Positions 27,900-40,464 of a stretch of 64,000 nt of DNA are shown here, piece by piece (the first letter of the stretch is position 1; each line of letters starts with the position of its first letter). The translations under genes and the position numbers were made by a program. Location: the NCBI GenBank assembly GCA_964252035.1, contig OZ176202.1. One strand, 5' to 3'. This DNA comes from Podarcis erhardii. Lineage: Eukaryota. The notes under the pieces were generated by a model that saw nothing but the letters and a program-made list of their open reading frames with translations, did no database searches and was not told the DNA's origin.

Positions 27900-28100
27900 T
27901 GGGCAGGGCCCTAGCTCAGTGGTGAAGCACCCGCTTTGCATGCTGAATGTCCCAGGTTCATTTCCCCAGGCTGAGAATGCTGCCTGCGTGGAACCCCGAA
28001 GAACCACAGAATTGGAAGGGACTCCAAGGGTCAGGCCAGTCAGTGTAGACAACACTGAGCTAGACAGACTGGTGTTCTGACTTGTTATAATGACTACATC
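27900..28100 (+). mobile_element. tRNA-derived SINE
   Basis: A box (tagctcagtgg) and B box (ggttcatttcc), followed by the gccagtcagtgtagacaacactgagctaga tail. Confidence 0.75.
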
Positions 28101-28399
28101 CTAAAGGCTCCCTCCCCCGCCCCCCGCAGCTGCCCAATCAAGTGGCAACCCAGGAAACACATGATCCTTTTTACAACACAGTGGCAGCAAAACAAAGGCA
28201 ACAGCGCCTTCTTCCTTCCAAGGGTGGTGAACCTCAGGCCTGGTAGTGGTCCGTTGCTGGGTTGCAATGCAACCTTGAACTGTGACAGCGCCTCTTGCCT
28301 TTCCTGGATGGGAATGGAGAGGATCGCTGTGTTCAGAAACCTCAGGCTTGCACGCAGCTGGAATGTGGCCTATTTGTACAAAAGTAAGAATCATACCAA

Positions 28400-28767
28400 G
28401 GGACATGGGTGGTGCTGTGGGTTAAACCACAGAACCTAGGACTTGCCGATCAGAAGGTCGGCAGGTCGAATCCCGGCAACGGGGTGAGCTCCCGTTGCTC
28501 GGTCCCTGCTCCTGCCAACCTAGCAGTTCAAAAGCACGTCAAAGTGCAAGTAGATAAATAGGTACCGCTCCGGCGGGAAGGTAAATGGCATTTCCATGCG
28601 CTGCTCTGGTTCGCCAGAAGCGGCTTAGTCATGCTGTCCACATGAGTCGGAAGCTGTCTGTGGACAAACGCCGGCTCCCTCGGCCAATAAAGCGAGATGA
28701 GCGCCGCAACCCCAGCGTAGGTCACGACTGGACCTAATGGTCAGGGGTCCCTTTACCTTTACCTTTA
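28400..28767 (+). mobile_element. Full-length Sauria SINE (Squam1/POM-type)
   Basis: gggacatgggtggtgctgtgggttaaaccacag... head, diagnostic gcaagtagataaataggtaccgct body, and (ACCTTT)n tail. Confidence 0.93.
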
Positions 28768-28869
28768 ATAATCACACCCAGTTGTTTCACCCACTTTCTG
28801 CCTCTCGCCCTGCCCACCGCTGCCACGCAACCCCTGCTAAAACATTTTTGTTTGGATAAACCTAACCGG

Positions 28870-29180
28870 ATATGTAGAACGTTGGCATGTGCTTTTATCT
28901 TATCAATGACTTTAATTATTTTTGAATGTTTTAAAATAGCTGCTTTTAACTCTTTTTTTACTGATAATTTTATCGTTCTATTATTTTTGTATACCGTTTT
29001 GAGGTTTGTAAAAACAAACAAAACAAAAAAAAAACCCAAGCGGTATATACATTTTATGATATAATTTTTTAAAAATATTATTATTTATTTATTTCCTGCC
29101 TTTCACCCAAAGGTCCCAGGGTGAGTTACAGCATTAAAACCCAATATTAAAAGCAAACTTTTAAAACAACTTCCTTTAAA
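28870..29180. mobile_element. Two opposed L2 3'-end remnants
   Basis: Plus-strand tgtataccgttttgagg...aagcggtatatac, then minus-strand tttatttcctgcctttcacccaaaggtcccagggtgagttaca. Confidence 0.55.
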
Positions 29181-32100
29181 AATGTGCAAATTGTTTTCTT
29201 TCTTGTTTGCACAGCAAAATGTTCCAGCTAGAAAATGCTTGAAAATGTTCAAGTGATACTGGTGAGCATGCTCAAAATGATATCCAGCTTGGACCAACAG
29301 CAGAAAACAGTGGGGGGTGGGCGGGGTCTGCCTCACCTGTCTGGCTTGTGGACTACCTGATGAGCCACTGTAGGGAGCAGGATGCTGCACTAGGAAGCCT
29401 GTTGGGATGGTCCAACAGGGATCCTCTTATGCTGTTAGGTATACAGGTTGAGCATATGTCGTAACAAAAACAACAGTACCCCGATCACAAAGCAGATAAG
29501 CAAAAGTAAATCAGCAGTTGTTTTTAAAATTCTGCCTAGCAATTATTCCGAGCAAATGAACCGATCCACGAGAGAAAAAGAAATAAAAGAGTTTTTTTTT
29601 TAAAAAAAATTACAGCTTGAATACTAACAGAGAAACCTTTCCATGGGATACTCTCAAAGGCTGCAGAAACCAGCTGAAAAAAATGTAGAGGAAGACTTTA
29701 AATGTTGGAGAGTGCCCTCTGGTGGCTGACACACGCAACTTCTTAAAACAATATTGTTTCCAAACCCCAACCACACCCCAAATAAGCAACTGTAAATGCG
29801 GGGGAAGGCGAGTGAGAGCAAAGCCCTTGGCCCAAGGCAGTATTATGCTCACCAGGTGCTCTGAAAGTCCTCTCTGCAGTGTTTGAGCTCTGATTCTAGT
29901 TTCATACATTAAAGTCATCCTTTTGATGTCACAGTTCTCAAGGGATGAAAAAGCATGGGTAATGCAAAGGTATGCCATTTCCATCATCATCGCCGCCACC
30001 ACGGCCCCAAATTGAGAGAATATTTGCATCTAGCAACATCTGACCAGGTATACTTTCCACTCATACTAAATCACTTTCAAGTACTGTTATTTCAGTGAAC
30101 AAATAAATGAGATTATATAGAAACGTTTTTTCTTGGCCAGGGGCAGGGGGGACTTTGTAAGATCAAAATATGTCCTTACCAACAGAGCCTGGAAGCAGGA
30201 TAACTACCCTTGTAAACTCTGGCCTAGTTCACTGCATCCAATTCATTTGTTTTAAAATTATTCATTCATCGAAGTGATAAGCACTCACAGGTGCAAATGC
30301 AAAGCCAGTTTAAGGAGGAGAGTGCACAGGAAAGGTCAGTGGGAAAACTGCTGGAGGGCGAGGCTTTCATTGATAAAATAAATGTGGATGTGTTCCTACA
30401 CAAGGTTCTGTCAAGGATGAATAATTATGATTCCAATGAGATCTCTCCCCCCTCCCCCATTCTCAAGCATAACAGAAAGCAATCTGTTCTCAGAATGGAC
30501 AAAACAGGAAATATCAGTATCTAGCAGATAAAGAGCATATCATTTATTATTGATGAAATTTGTGGTTCAATTGCAACAAATACTGAGCATTTAATACCAA
30601 GTTTTCCGTCAATAAATGCATCCCCTATGATATGCAATACTACCTGCCATCACTTGGGAGACCCAACTGATGCTTTATTTATTCAGTAAGAATTCCAGCT
30701 TTGCCTTTCAATGTGACCTACTGCGTTCTCTACTCACAGACAACCCATGCACATTAATGGATCTTCTGCTGACGCAGTGCTGCAAGGATCAGACCAGTGT
30801 AATACATGAATTTATTTCTCAATCAAGAAGAGAACAGTCTTTGATAAGTGCAGTGCAGTCTCTCTGTTCAGAAGCATCCCCTCCCCGCTTAATTCAATGA
30901 GACTTACTCATAGGTAAGCGTGTATAGGATTTCAGCCAGAATGGTACAAAACTACAAGGGAAAAAAGACCAAAGCCTAGGGGATAAAAAGAAAGCACAGG
31001 CAAATGATGTCATTCATTAAGTCTCTTGACTAAAGCCTTGACTGTGACTTCACTCTTGAGCTGTTCCATACACACATCCAAGCAACTGGACTAAAGGGTA
31101 CACATGATGCTTAAGAAAACTGTGAAATCTCTTCCTTTGTTTAAAACAGCATAGCAAAATCACAGCTGTATTTCTAACAGCAAAAGCCCTCTGATATAAG
31201 GAAAGCTGTTAAGAGCGTGGCTTTCAGTTCCATTCTGGAGGCGTGATTTTGTCTTTTATGGAAAGTACAACTAAGAGAAATAATCTGAAATTATCTAGAA
31301 CGAGATTGTCTTTTACTAAAGGTCACACCAGTCTTGTCCATCAATGCACTTCTGTTACAAGCACATTGTCCCTGGTTCTCAGCATGAACTCTACATAGCT
31401 TTGGATACAGGAGGAATACAGAGACCCTCTTGTGTGGAATGTGCTCTAGTGCATTCATTGTGCGGAGAAGGGGGAAATGTTCTGCTTATGTCAGTGCCCT
31501 GCAGAGACTGGAGAACTGCTGGTGCTGCTGCCGTCACTGGGCACCAAAACCAGGGCACAGATTGTGCACCAAAGCCAGAGTCAGCCACTAAGGAGCCAGC
31601 TATTTGTTTCACAACAAAGCACTGCAAGTAAGTAGTAGTTGAGGGCTGGGTAGAGATTAGATCAGAAATCAACACCAACACATACAGTAACTTGAAGACA
31701 CGCTGCGAAGTTCAGTAACCCCCAAATTCAGGACATCAACCAAGTGTGGGCTGTGGACCTCATTACACTTGGTTTCTGTTACCCTAAAGGTGGAAATTAT
31801 CTCCTAGGTGAGATCCACATTGCAGCCCCTGCATTTGCAAGGCAGGGTTGCCTTGGGGATTTTTGCAAATGCAATTGCTGCTCACCATGGAGCACATTCA
31901 TAACTCGAGTCCATACTACCTGCCACTGGGAAGCACAATAAAAAGTGGGAGGATCTATGTGGCATTTGAGATGTCTTTTTAAACATTATGTACTCAGGGT
32001 TTATAGACTGCTTGATTGTAAAAGCAACAGCAACTTCTAAGTAGGTTACCAAAATATATCCTCTGCCATCACTGATTCTTCACCTCCCACTGTATGTTAC

Positions 32101-33421
32101 ATAGCCTGTTTCTTTCCTTATGCCTAATTCTCTTTCCCATGCCATACCCTGGCAGGGAGAGCCATTCACTGTGTATCCATCCATTCAAGGCAGCAGCAAG
32201 CACAGAATGAATCAAAAGGAGGCAAGGAGCAATACCAGTCTTAAAAAACACCAGCCCTGAACGTGGATCAGCCCCTAAAGTTCAAAAAATAATCTATCCC
32301 AATCTTATAAACTGGAACACAGAAGAAGCTGGATTTTCAACCAACCAGCCAATCAATATCCAATGCATATGGTACCTTAGGAAACAAATTCAGCACCTTA
32401 AAGCAGCCTTCCCAACCTGGTGCTCTGAAGATGCTTTGAACTACAACTTCCATCTAGCTGATGGAAGCAGTACAACATAGCTATGCCAGTCACATTAAAT
32501 CACCACCGTATTTTAAAGACAGGGAGAAACTCCACTGGTAGGATTCCCAGTCTAAATAAGGACACACTTTCTCTGCACCTTGCGCTATTGGTTACTTATT
32601 AGTTTTCCACACTAATAGTGGAAGCACATGCACGATAAATGAGAAGCAAATCACGTCTGAGAGGTAACATGATTTATGCAATTGGCATTTAGCTATAGAT
32701 CCATGGTACTGCAATACTTTAATTCCTTCAAATATGGACCAGTTGGCTAGCAGTACATAAGCCAACAATTATGGCTGCGAAAGGACAATTTCAATGGTAC
32801 ATGGATGGGATCCTAACAGAAGCATCACAGGAAGGAAGGAAGGATTTTCTTGAAGTGGACTGTGCCCAAGTAAGCCATAAGGAAAGTGTTGTGTATCCAT
32901 ATATAGGCATCTTTGGAATAAATGCCATATTAGATCTGCTTCTCGTTAGACATCTGTATGAAATACATAGTAACATATTACATAGATTGAAATATGTGTG
33001 CATGGGCTTAGCACACAACTTTTCTCTTCAAAATGCACAGAATGGGAGACTTGCAAAGGATCAGCCCCTTTGCCCATGTGCTTCAGGTAAATACAGTGCA
33101 GTGCACATTTTGTAGTTGCTATACTACTGATACTTGCAGCAAGATTTAGATTAGATATACAGTCTTTTTTGCCACTGGATATGGGGGGGGGGGCTTTTTA
33201 GCAATTCAAATACATGTACAAACCTGTAACTTTAATGGAATTATGCGCTTTATATAATTGTTTCAACAATTACTGCCTATGCATTCCTTAATGCAAAGAA
33301 AAACTCTTTCTTTTAAGGGCATGTGTCCAATACTTACTCAGTTTTTCACACACCCATGTGAAACTACTTGCATTTACTAAATAATTAGATCAAGGCAAAG
33401 TAGGAACCTGCTAACTGATAC

Positions 33422-33427
33422 TTTATT
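33422..33427 (-). terminator. Candidate MCM9 polyadenylation signal AATAAA (would give a ~1.35-kb 3'UTR)
   Basis: First AATAAA I found on the minus strand after the stop codon, followed by U-rich sequence; use not demonstrated. Confidence 0.45.
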
Positions 33428-34779
33428 GAAGGACAGCAATGAAGACCACAGATTTTAAATAGCGTATATATGGTGCCAAAGCCCATCTCCTCCATCAGTC
33501 ATTTTAAGCTGTGCAGTTTCTTTGGACTGGGCAAAAAAATTAAACCCCTTATTGAACAAATACGTATGTACTCCCCCCCAATTATTGTAATATAATACAA
33601 CAATTAAAAAACTAATTTATGTTGAGGTACCTACAGCAGATAATTAAATGAAATTCTCTAGTAAAATACCATGAACCAAACAGCTTTGGGTTAATCTGTA
33701 TTACTAGATGAACAGAGCTCATTCATAGTCCTTGCACAAAAAGCTGTGATGTGTTACTTACGCCACAAAATGTTATGTAAATTTCGCAGCTGGAAGACAA
33801 TGAAAGGCATAGCCAAAAAGCCACATTCTGAAATGTAACCAGTCTGTGATAAATGATTTGAGGTGCTTTATGGCCTAAGCATTGCAATGCAGCAAGCATT
33901 AAAAGGAAGGTGGAGAAGAGAAAACTATGCAATAGCTGTTTTTAAAGGCATGATTTTTCTTGGGTGGGAGGTATTAATAGGAAGATGACTATAATTACAC
34001 CTGGTGGAATCAAGCATTTGTGCAGTAAACTGACTGAAGGAGAAATCTAAATAAAAAACCGTCTGCTTCATTGTCAGGGGTTATTCCTCCCTCGGTTTAA
34101 CCAAGTGATATCCAAAATATGCCAACAAAACAGTCAGTGGAATCAGACATCTTGGAGGAAAAGAGGAATTAATTGCAATGCCACCTGACCTGATGCTTGC
34201 CTCAAGGCAATCCTCCATAGTAGTCTACTACCTTCAACACAGTAGTCTGCTAACTCCATAGCAGTCTACTAACTTCTGTTTGAGGACAGCAGTCTGGGTG
34301 TCCTAAGAGTACCATATTTAAGGACGCCAAGATTTAGAAAACCTGTATGTTCTTTGAAATTACCTTGAATCCTAACTAGGTTTCTGTGAATGGAGAGGAT
34401 CTTTCCATTCACTGATGGGACTCGGATCTAGTGCATGATTCTGCTGGCAGAAAGGGTCAAGGCATTTTCTCCAGTTCTTCATTCCCATGTCTCATGCTGC
34501 TTTGGAGAACCGTCTAAACAAGGTTTTTGGGACAGAGCGGAGGGGGGGGGGGGACGACTACAAAAGGAAGGAGAAAATTACTGAATGTCACTTCCCCTGT
34601 TCTGCTGACAGAAGTATCACATGAGTGGAACTTTGCTCAGAGGATGATTCCACCAGCAGGAGTAAGCTCAGGATCCCAGCCTTTGTAAAGAGGCCATTTT
34701 GTAGGTTCATCTAGGCAAGATTAAAACAAATTTTCAGCATTTTGCAGTGCCATTTTGAGGAGGAAGCAGAAGTTCTGTT

Positions 34780-36232
34780 TTAAGATTTGAGTTTCCTCTT
34801 GCTCTCTTCATCCCAGTCGAAGTCTAGGGTGGAATCATCAAAATCAGCTGTTGAGAACAAATATTTTCCTGTGCCAGTGCTGGCTCTTCCCAGTTCAAAG
34901 CACTTCCTTGAGTGCTCCACGCTACTGGAGGTTTGGGCCTCCAATGGCTCCCTCTGTCTGTCCCTGTCATTACTGGTGGCATGCAACAAAACTGGAGACT
35001 TTGGCTTTGATTCAGCTGATGGCTTGAAGGCAAAGCTGGCTAATTTTGCCAGTATACTGGAGCATACTTTTTTCGTTTCCGCACCATCTGATATTTCCTC
35101 TCTCATTCTTGCCTTTTTTGTGAAGGAAGGGAGTGAATGATTGTTTTGCTCCTCCTCCTCTCTTTGGTTATCACAAGGGCGTTTCTCCATTCTATTATTT
35201 CCCACCATACTATTGTGTTCCTTGTGGTGTTTCTCAGGACAGCCTTCTCCCCTTGGCTTCCCCACTTTTGACACAGTTTTGGTAGAAGTGTGAGGGCTGC
35301 AGACAGTATCAGGCAGTTGGGCATGATTTTCATTTTCAGAAGGCCAAGCAAGCTTTGGCTTCTGCTTACGCTGAAACTTAGCTAGTTTAGCAGCCGCAGG
35401 TCCCAAATCTTCCAGGATTTCAGGTTTAGTAGAGCTTCCTGCTGCACCTTTATTTGTTTGGCCTCTGTTTCGCTTTCTGGTTGAAGTAGCAGACTTCTGT
35501 TGCCTTAAAAATATGCTGTGAGGTGGGGAAGCACCCAAGTCTGTTCTGGGGTGTTGTGGAACAACAGCTGGACCAGGAGAAAATAAAGTTGGAGAACACT
35601 CAACCTTAGGATCTGGGGTACTTGCACAAAACCCATTAACTCCTTCAATGTTTTCCCTGTGCCATTTCTTAGAGGCCCTGTGAGTAATCACTAAATCAGG
35701 TGAGGTACAATCCACTGCATTTGGGCCTTTGTCACTTGCTCCTGATGGTAAGCTTGTGGGCTTGGTTGCCTTCCCCCCATCAAGAGTAGAGGCAGCCTGT
35801 CTGCAAGCATTTCCCAGGGCTATTGTTGTTGGTGTGGTTTGCTTGGCTTCACTTAAGTCATTTCTTTCTTTAGAGCAGGGTTTGTTGTGTGGGGCTTTCA
35901 AAGACGTTCTTGCAGTTGGAGACATTCTTGCAACTGGAGACTCATAAATGCTCTTCTCAGCTTCAGACTTGCTGTCCGTCATACTGTCAAACCAGCTCAA
36001 GCTACTGTCCTTGCTGCATTCACTGGGTTTGCCCCATTCCTTTGTTACTCTGTTATCATCAGATGTCTGGCTGCTTGAGAATATTGGATGATCATCAGGT
36101 TGCAATTGTATATTATTGCCCTCTTGGTCTGAATGTTGTGGACAAGACATCTGCTCCGATTTCTCAAGTGTGCAATTGTTTGAGGATGCCTCTTTGGACT
36201 GCAGAAACTGAGACGAATTTTCATTCTGCAAT
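34780..36232 (-). CDS. MCM9: MCM9 coding exon 12: long low-complexity C-terminal extension (LQNENSSQ...DFDWDEESKRKLKS*)
   Basis: Acceptor ttttgtttttgtttttgcag-type pyrimidine tract ending gcag|A at 36232; open frame of 483 aa to TAA; contains SLSWFD, RKR, AKLAKF, AKLASFAF and DWDEE landmarks recalled from vertebrate MCM9. Confidence 0.94.
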
Positions 36233-36559
36233 CTGCAAAACAAAAACAAAATATATTTTACAAAAATAAACTACATTTCCCCCTTCCCTGATCCTATGAA
36301 ATGCAGGATCTGCTCCATCTGTGTTTGGGTTTACAGCCCTAATTATTTATTTTGATTTTGGTAAGCATATAAGTAAATGAAAGCAACTGTCTAATTACAG
36401 AGTTATTATTTAGCACCATGCATCTTCACTTTGATACCTTGGACAGTGTTTATTAGTGGCCATCCTATGCTACTGCCTATTGCAATAGCACATGTGTTTC
36501 CTGAATCCACTGTGATTCACAAGGGCTTTTTTTTGGCCTCCCATATAAATGTTTATCAC

Positions 36560-36705
36560 CTGTCAAGTCTTTGGAATTCTTCACGCAGAATGTCCTGGAG
36601 TTCCAGCTTCTCGAGGATCAGTTTACACTGCATTCGATACTGCTCCAGTGGATTTTCAGGAAATGATGTGTGCAGTGCATTGACACCTCCAAGGAGTGCA
36701 CCTCC
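36560..36705 (-). CDS. MCM9: MCM9 coding exon 11 ([49 protein letters not shown])
   Basis: tcttctttcctatag|GGAGGT...GACAG|gtgata; 146 nt. Confidence 0.95.
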
Positions 36706-37207
36706 CTATAGGAAAGAAGAAGAGAGAAATACAATGCAAATGAACTTTAATTAGATATGTCTGTGTGTAAACGTATATGCCGTTAAAAGGGTTATATGAC
36801 ACAGCACACAGATCAGCAGGTTTTCTAGCACTGAATAAAACTGCTATCAAACTAACCCTGTATCTTTAGCTTATAAAAACAGGCATTTGCACCCTTCTTC
36901 AGTGCAGCATGTGTGGGCACAACGACACACACGGGGACCTTCCATTCTGCCTGCACAAGGCTCTCCTTCTTCCCTGATGCCTTGCTCACCATCATGGTTT
37001 CAGTAGTGGTGGTGGTAGGGCAGTAGAAGCAGAAGGCATTTTATTTACAGGCTCAAATGTACAAAACTGAGGGCTAATGTTAGGAATTGTTGAAGATTAG
37101 TTCTGAGGTGTGGAAATGTGGTCTCCTTGTTGCGTTGTGAAGGTTGCTTCCGATCACATGTACCACAAAGAACTGTTTCAGATGCCAGCCTCTACATGGA
37201 AACTCAC

Positions 37208-37290
37208 CTGCATTGAAGACTCCATCACGGAAACCACGGTTACTGCATCTTCCACAGTCACAGTATCTCTAAACATCAACCGAGCATGTG
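37208..37290 (-). CDS. MCM9: MCM9 coding exon 10 ([28 protein letters not shown]); not in the ORF track in this frame
   Basis: tttgtttttag|CACATGCT...ATGCAG|gtgagt; 83 nt. Confidence 0.96.
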
Positions 37291-37880
37291 CTAAAAACAA
37301 ACAACAACAACAAATGTTGCTGAAACTGATGAGCAGATGGTTAGGTTAAATTTATTAAATGCATATGCCACCTATTTAGAAAGCTCTAGATAGAAAGCGA
37401 TAATGGAATTACACTAGCAACAGTTTTTGATTTAAATCTTTAAAAAGTACTGTTGCACACCACCTCAACCTCTGAGCGGTGTGAGATTCCAGGGGTTCCA
37501 GGTGCTTACTTACACCCACCAACTGAAGCACTGCTTACCCATATTAGGGCTCGTGGTGGTGGGTGTAGTATTTAAAAGCCTCTCAATCCGTGTTACAACT
37601 CACACATTTGCAAGCCAGAGTAGCCATAGCCTAGCTACAGCATACAATGCTGGGGCATGGAAACCCTATATATGCAGGTGCTGCTGCACTGGATAAAATC
37701 CTTTTAAAGGTTCACCATACTGAGTGCCAACAGAAACAAGCATTTGTTGTAGCCCCTGGAGCATTCAAACACGCACCTAGGAGTTTAGTCCAATCAGCTG
37801 CATGACCTGGTTCCAGCACTGCCATGAAACGTTTCCCAATTCATTTTCCTCGAAAAGGAAGAGGAAACCCAAGCTCTCAC

Positions 37881-38084
37881 CTTCAGCTAATCGTATCAAA
37901 CTCTCTAATAAGCGGATGGTGGTTCGCGCAGCATTCCTGCAATCGCTCTGCCTCTGCATCTGATAATAGCGGACAAGAATCAAGTTGCTTTCATCAGTCA
38001 ATACCGGCTGCAGGTTCTTTATAAGGCAGAAATATGTTTTCATTTTTTCCATAGTCCACAGCTTTTCAGACACACTTGGGCAAG
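37881..38084 (-). CDS. MCM9: MCM9 coding exon 9, sensor 2 ([18 protein letters not shown]...[15 protein letters not shown])
   Basis: Acceptor cttctcatgcag|CT, donor GAAG|gtgaga; 204 nt. Confidence 0.95.
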
Positions 38085-38287
38085 CTGCATGAGAAGAGTT
38101 TGCAGAAAGAACTGCATTAACAAAATAAGACACAGAGTAGAAATCAATAGACTTCATAATGACTACTCCATAGTTGGCTCCAACCCTCTGGTGCACTTAT
38201 TCTGCATGAGCACAAATGGATATATAGTCTAGGTGGTGTAGAGATTCAGATATATTCTCTATAACTGATTGCAAAAGCCACTGCTAC

Positions 38288-38490
38288 CTTTGTTTTCCAG
38301 TATGAATGAGGAAATTATGCGATCCCATTCTTCATTTCTTGTATCCAGCAATACCAGGACAAGGTCGAACCTGCTAAGGAGAGGGCTGCCAAGGGCGATG
38401 TTCACAGAGACAGATTCATTAGGGTCATACTGCCCCTTTGGATTGGTTGCTGCCAAGATAGTGGTCCTTGTGTTCAGCTTGCACACTAAA
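38288..38490 (-). CDS. MCM9: MCM9 coding exon 8, sensor 1 and arginine finger ([17 protein letters not shown]...LLSRFDL...ILENK)
   Basis: Acceptor ttcag|T, donor AAAG|gtagca; 203 nt. Confidence 0.96.
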
Positions 38491-39956
38491 CTGAAGAGAA
38501 ACATGATCGATATTGGCACAGAACTATGTTATACCACCACCAAAACCCTACTGCCCAAAGGAACACTTTCGGGTACTTTCCATTTTGAACCTTCCCTTCA
38601 GAAATTTCACATAGGCTGATCGGATAGGAGAAAGGATGAGGTGACAAACTAGCTAGAAAGGTTTGCGGAACCTAAGGCAAATAAAGTGTGGTTTTGGATG
38701 AATGTGATGAACTGAAAATATAGGTAACAGGTAAGATCAGCAGCCAGCAAGGAACCCTGTCTGGACTGGAGGCCACATCTATAATTTTAAATTGTCAGTA
38801 GAGTTGCTAATCAGCCAGCATTAGATCAGTAAACTTGTTTCGTCAGGTAGCTAAAACTAAAGTCTGAAAAGCCAATTTTAAAAACCTGAATACTCCAGAT
38901 TCTGCTCATAACCCACTCAGGTCCATCCTCCCTCTTCTACAACCTACCAGAAGGTCTCACTACATAGAATCACCGGGGTGGGGAGGGGAAGGATTTTTTA
39001 GATCAAAAGTTGACAATCTTAACACCGGGGGGGGGGGGGGAATTGCATGCTCTCTCCTACGCGGGCAAATGCAAACTCTCTTACACAGTTGTCTCTGCCA
39101 CTTGCACACACACACACACGCCTGTTTGATGCACAGACATGTCTGTGTTCTTCCACTTACATGCACACTCATAAATACACAGATGTTTGCAAATATACAC
39201 AATCTCACTATACAAACTACCACGATCATAAGAACGGTGTCTATAACAACATTTAGTATGGTGCAATTCCCCCCCCCCCATCCCTTAATTTATTTGACCT
39301 TGACCCGAGGTTTGTTTTCAGAGCTACAGAAGGGTGCTTTGTCCAAGTAAGCATATCTCACTCAGTGCAGACATTTAGACAGCTGTTCTAAATCTGACTT
39401 CGAAGTGATCTATTTCCAGTTGGTGCCATCTTCGCTCTTACCTCATTGTACTGAGAGGGAGCAAGTACAGCACCAAGAATCTTCGCTTTCATATTTGTAG
39501 TACATAACATGGGAAAAGTATTTTGACTCTTAGCCAGTAACAACAGAGATTCAAAAAAGAAATCAAGAGTTGACCCCCACTCTGTAATGCCTTAAGGATG
39601 TCTAAATATGGAAGTGAAAGGTTGCAGCCCCAGAACACATACTTCGAATGGAGGAAAAGTCTTAAATTCCATCTGCAGCACAAAACAACTGTTTCATTGC
39701 TCTTCTGACTAAAAATGGTTTTCCTTTTTTTAAAAAAACAACACTGAAAATAGTACCCAATAGTGGTCATTTTAAAGTTGTGTATATGTCCAGTCTAGTA
39801 CTGGTACAATAAGATGCAAACATAGGGTCAAAGAAGATTATTCCCTCCCATTTTTGTGGCTTGTAAAAGCTGAACAAGTACACTTAGCTCTTGCACCTTA
39901 TGAATGTTTACTCAGAAGCCAAGCCCCACTATGTTCAGTGGGGCATGCTGCCTAGT

Positions 39957-40023
39957 AAGGTAAAAGGTAAAGGATCCCTGGATGGATAAGTCCAGTCAAA
40001 GGCGACTATGGGGCTGCGGCACT
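39957..40023 (-). mobile_element. Sauria SINE 3' fragment
   Basis: aaggtaaaaggtaaaggatccctg...tccagtc...gactatggggctgcggc. Confidence 0.75.
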
Positions 40024-40160
40024 TATCAATTGTAGGGATCAGTTTTACTTCTTCACTGCAGGAAGTTGGGAAGGTGGTGAGACAAAGAGGGAACGAACAG
40101 CCAGTCAACAGAAGCTGTGTTTTTCCCTACCTGGTAGAGGTCTGAAAATTGATGGAAGTA

Positions 40161-40464
40161 CAGTGGTGCCTCGCAAGACAAAAAGAATCCATTCCACGAT
40201 TCTCTTCATCTAGCGGTTTTTTCATCTTGCAAAGCAACCCTATTAGCGGCTTAGCGGCTTAGCGGCTATTAGCGGCTTAGCGGCTATTAGCGGCTTAGAA
40301 AAAGGGGGGGAAGCGAAAAAAATCACAAGACTCGCAAGACGTTTTCGTCTTGCAAAGCAAGCCCATAGGGAAATTCGTCTTGCGAAGCGCCTCGAAAAAC
40401 GGAAAACCCTTTCGTCTAGCGGGTTTTTCGTCTTGCGAGGCATTCGTCTTGCGGGGCACCACTG
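40161..40464. mobile_element. Tigger/pogo-like MITE, 304 bp; same family as 23905-24215, opposite orientation, in an MCM9 intron
   Basis: TA|CAGTGGTGCCTCGCAAGAC ... GTCTTGCGGGGCACCACTG|TA; body is the near reverse complement of the 23.9-kb copy. Confidence 0.93.

Noticed and set aside
36233-36249. MFLFC start of the 489-aa ORF as an independent gene
   Set aside because: These codons are the polypyrimidine tract and acceptor of MCM9's last exon; the ORF is the MCM9 tail.
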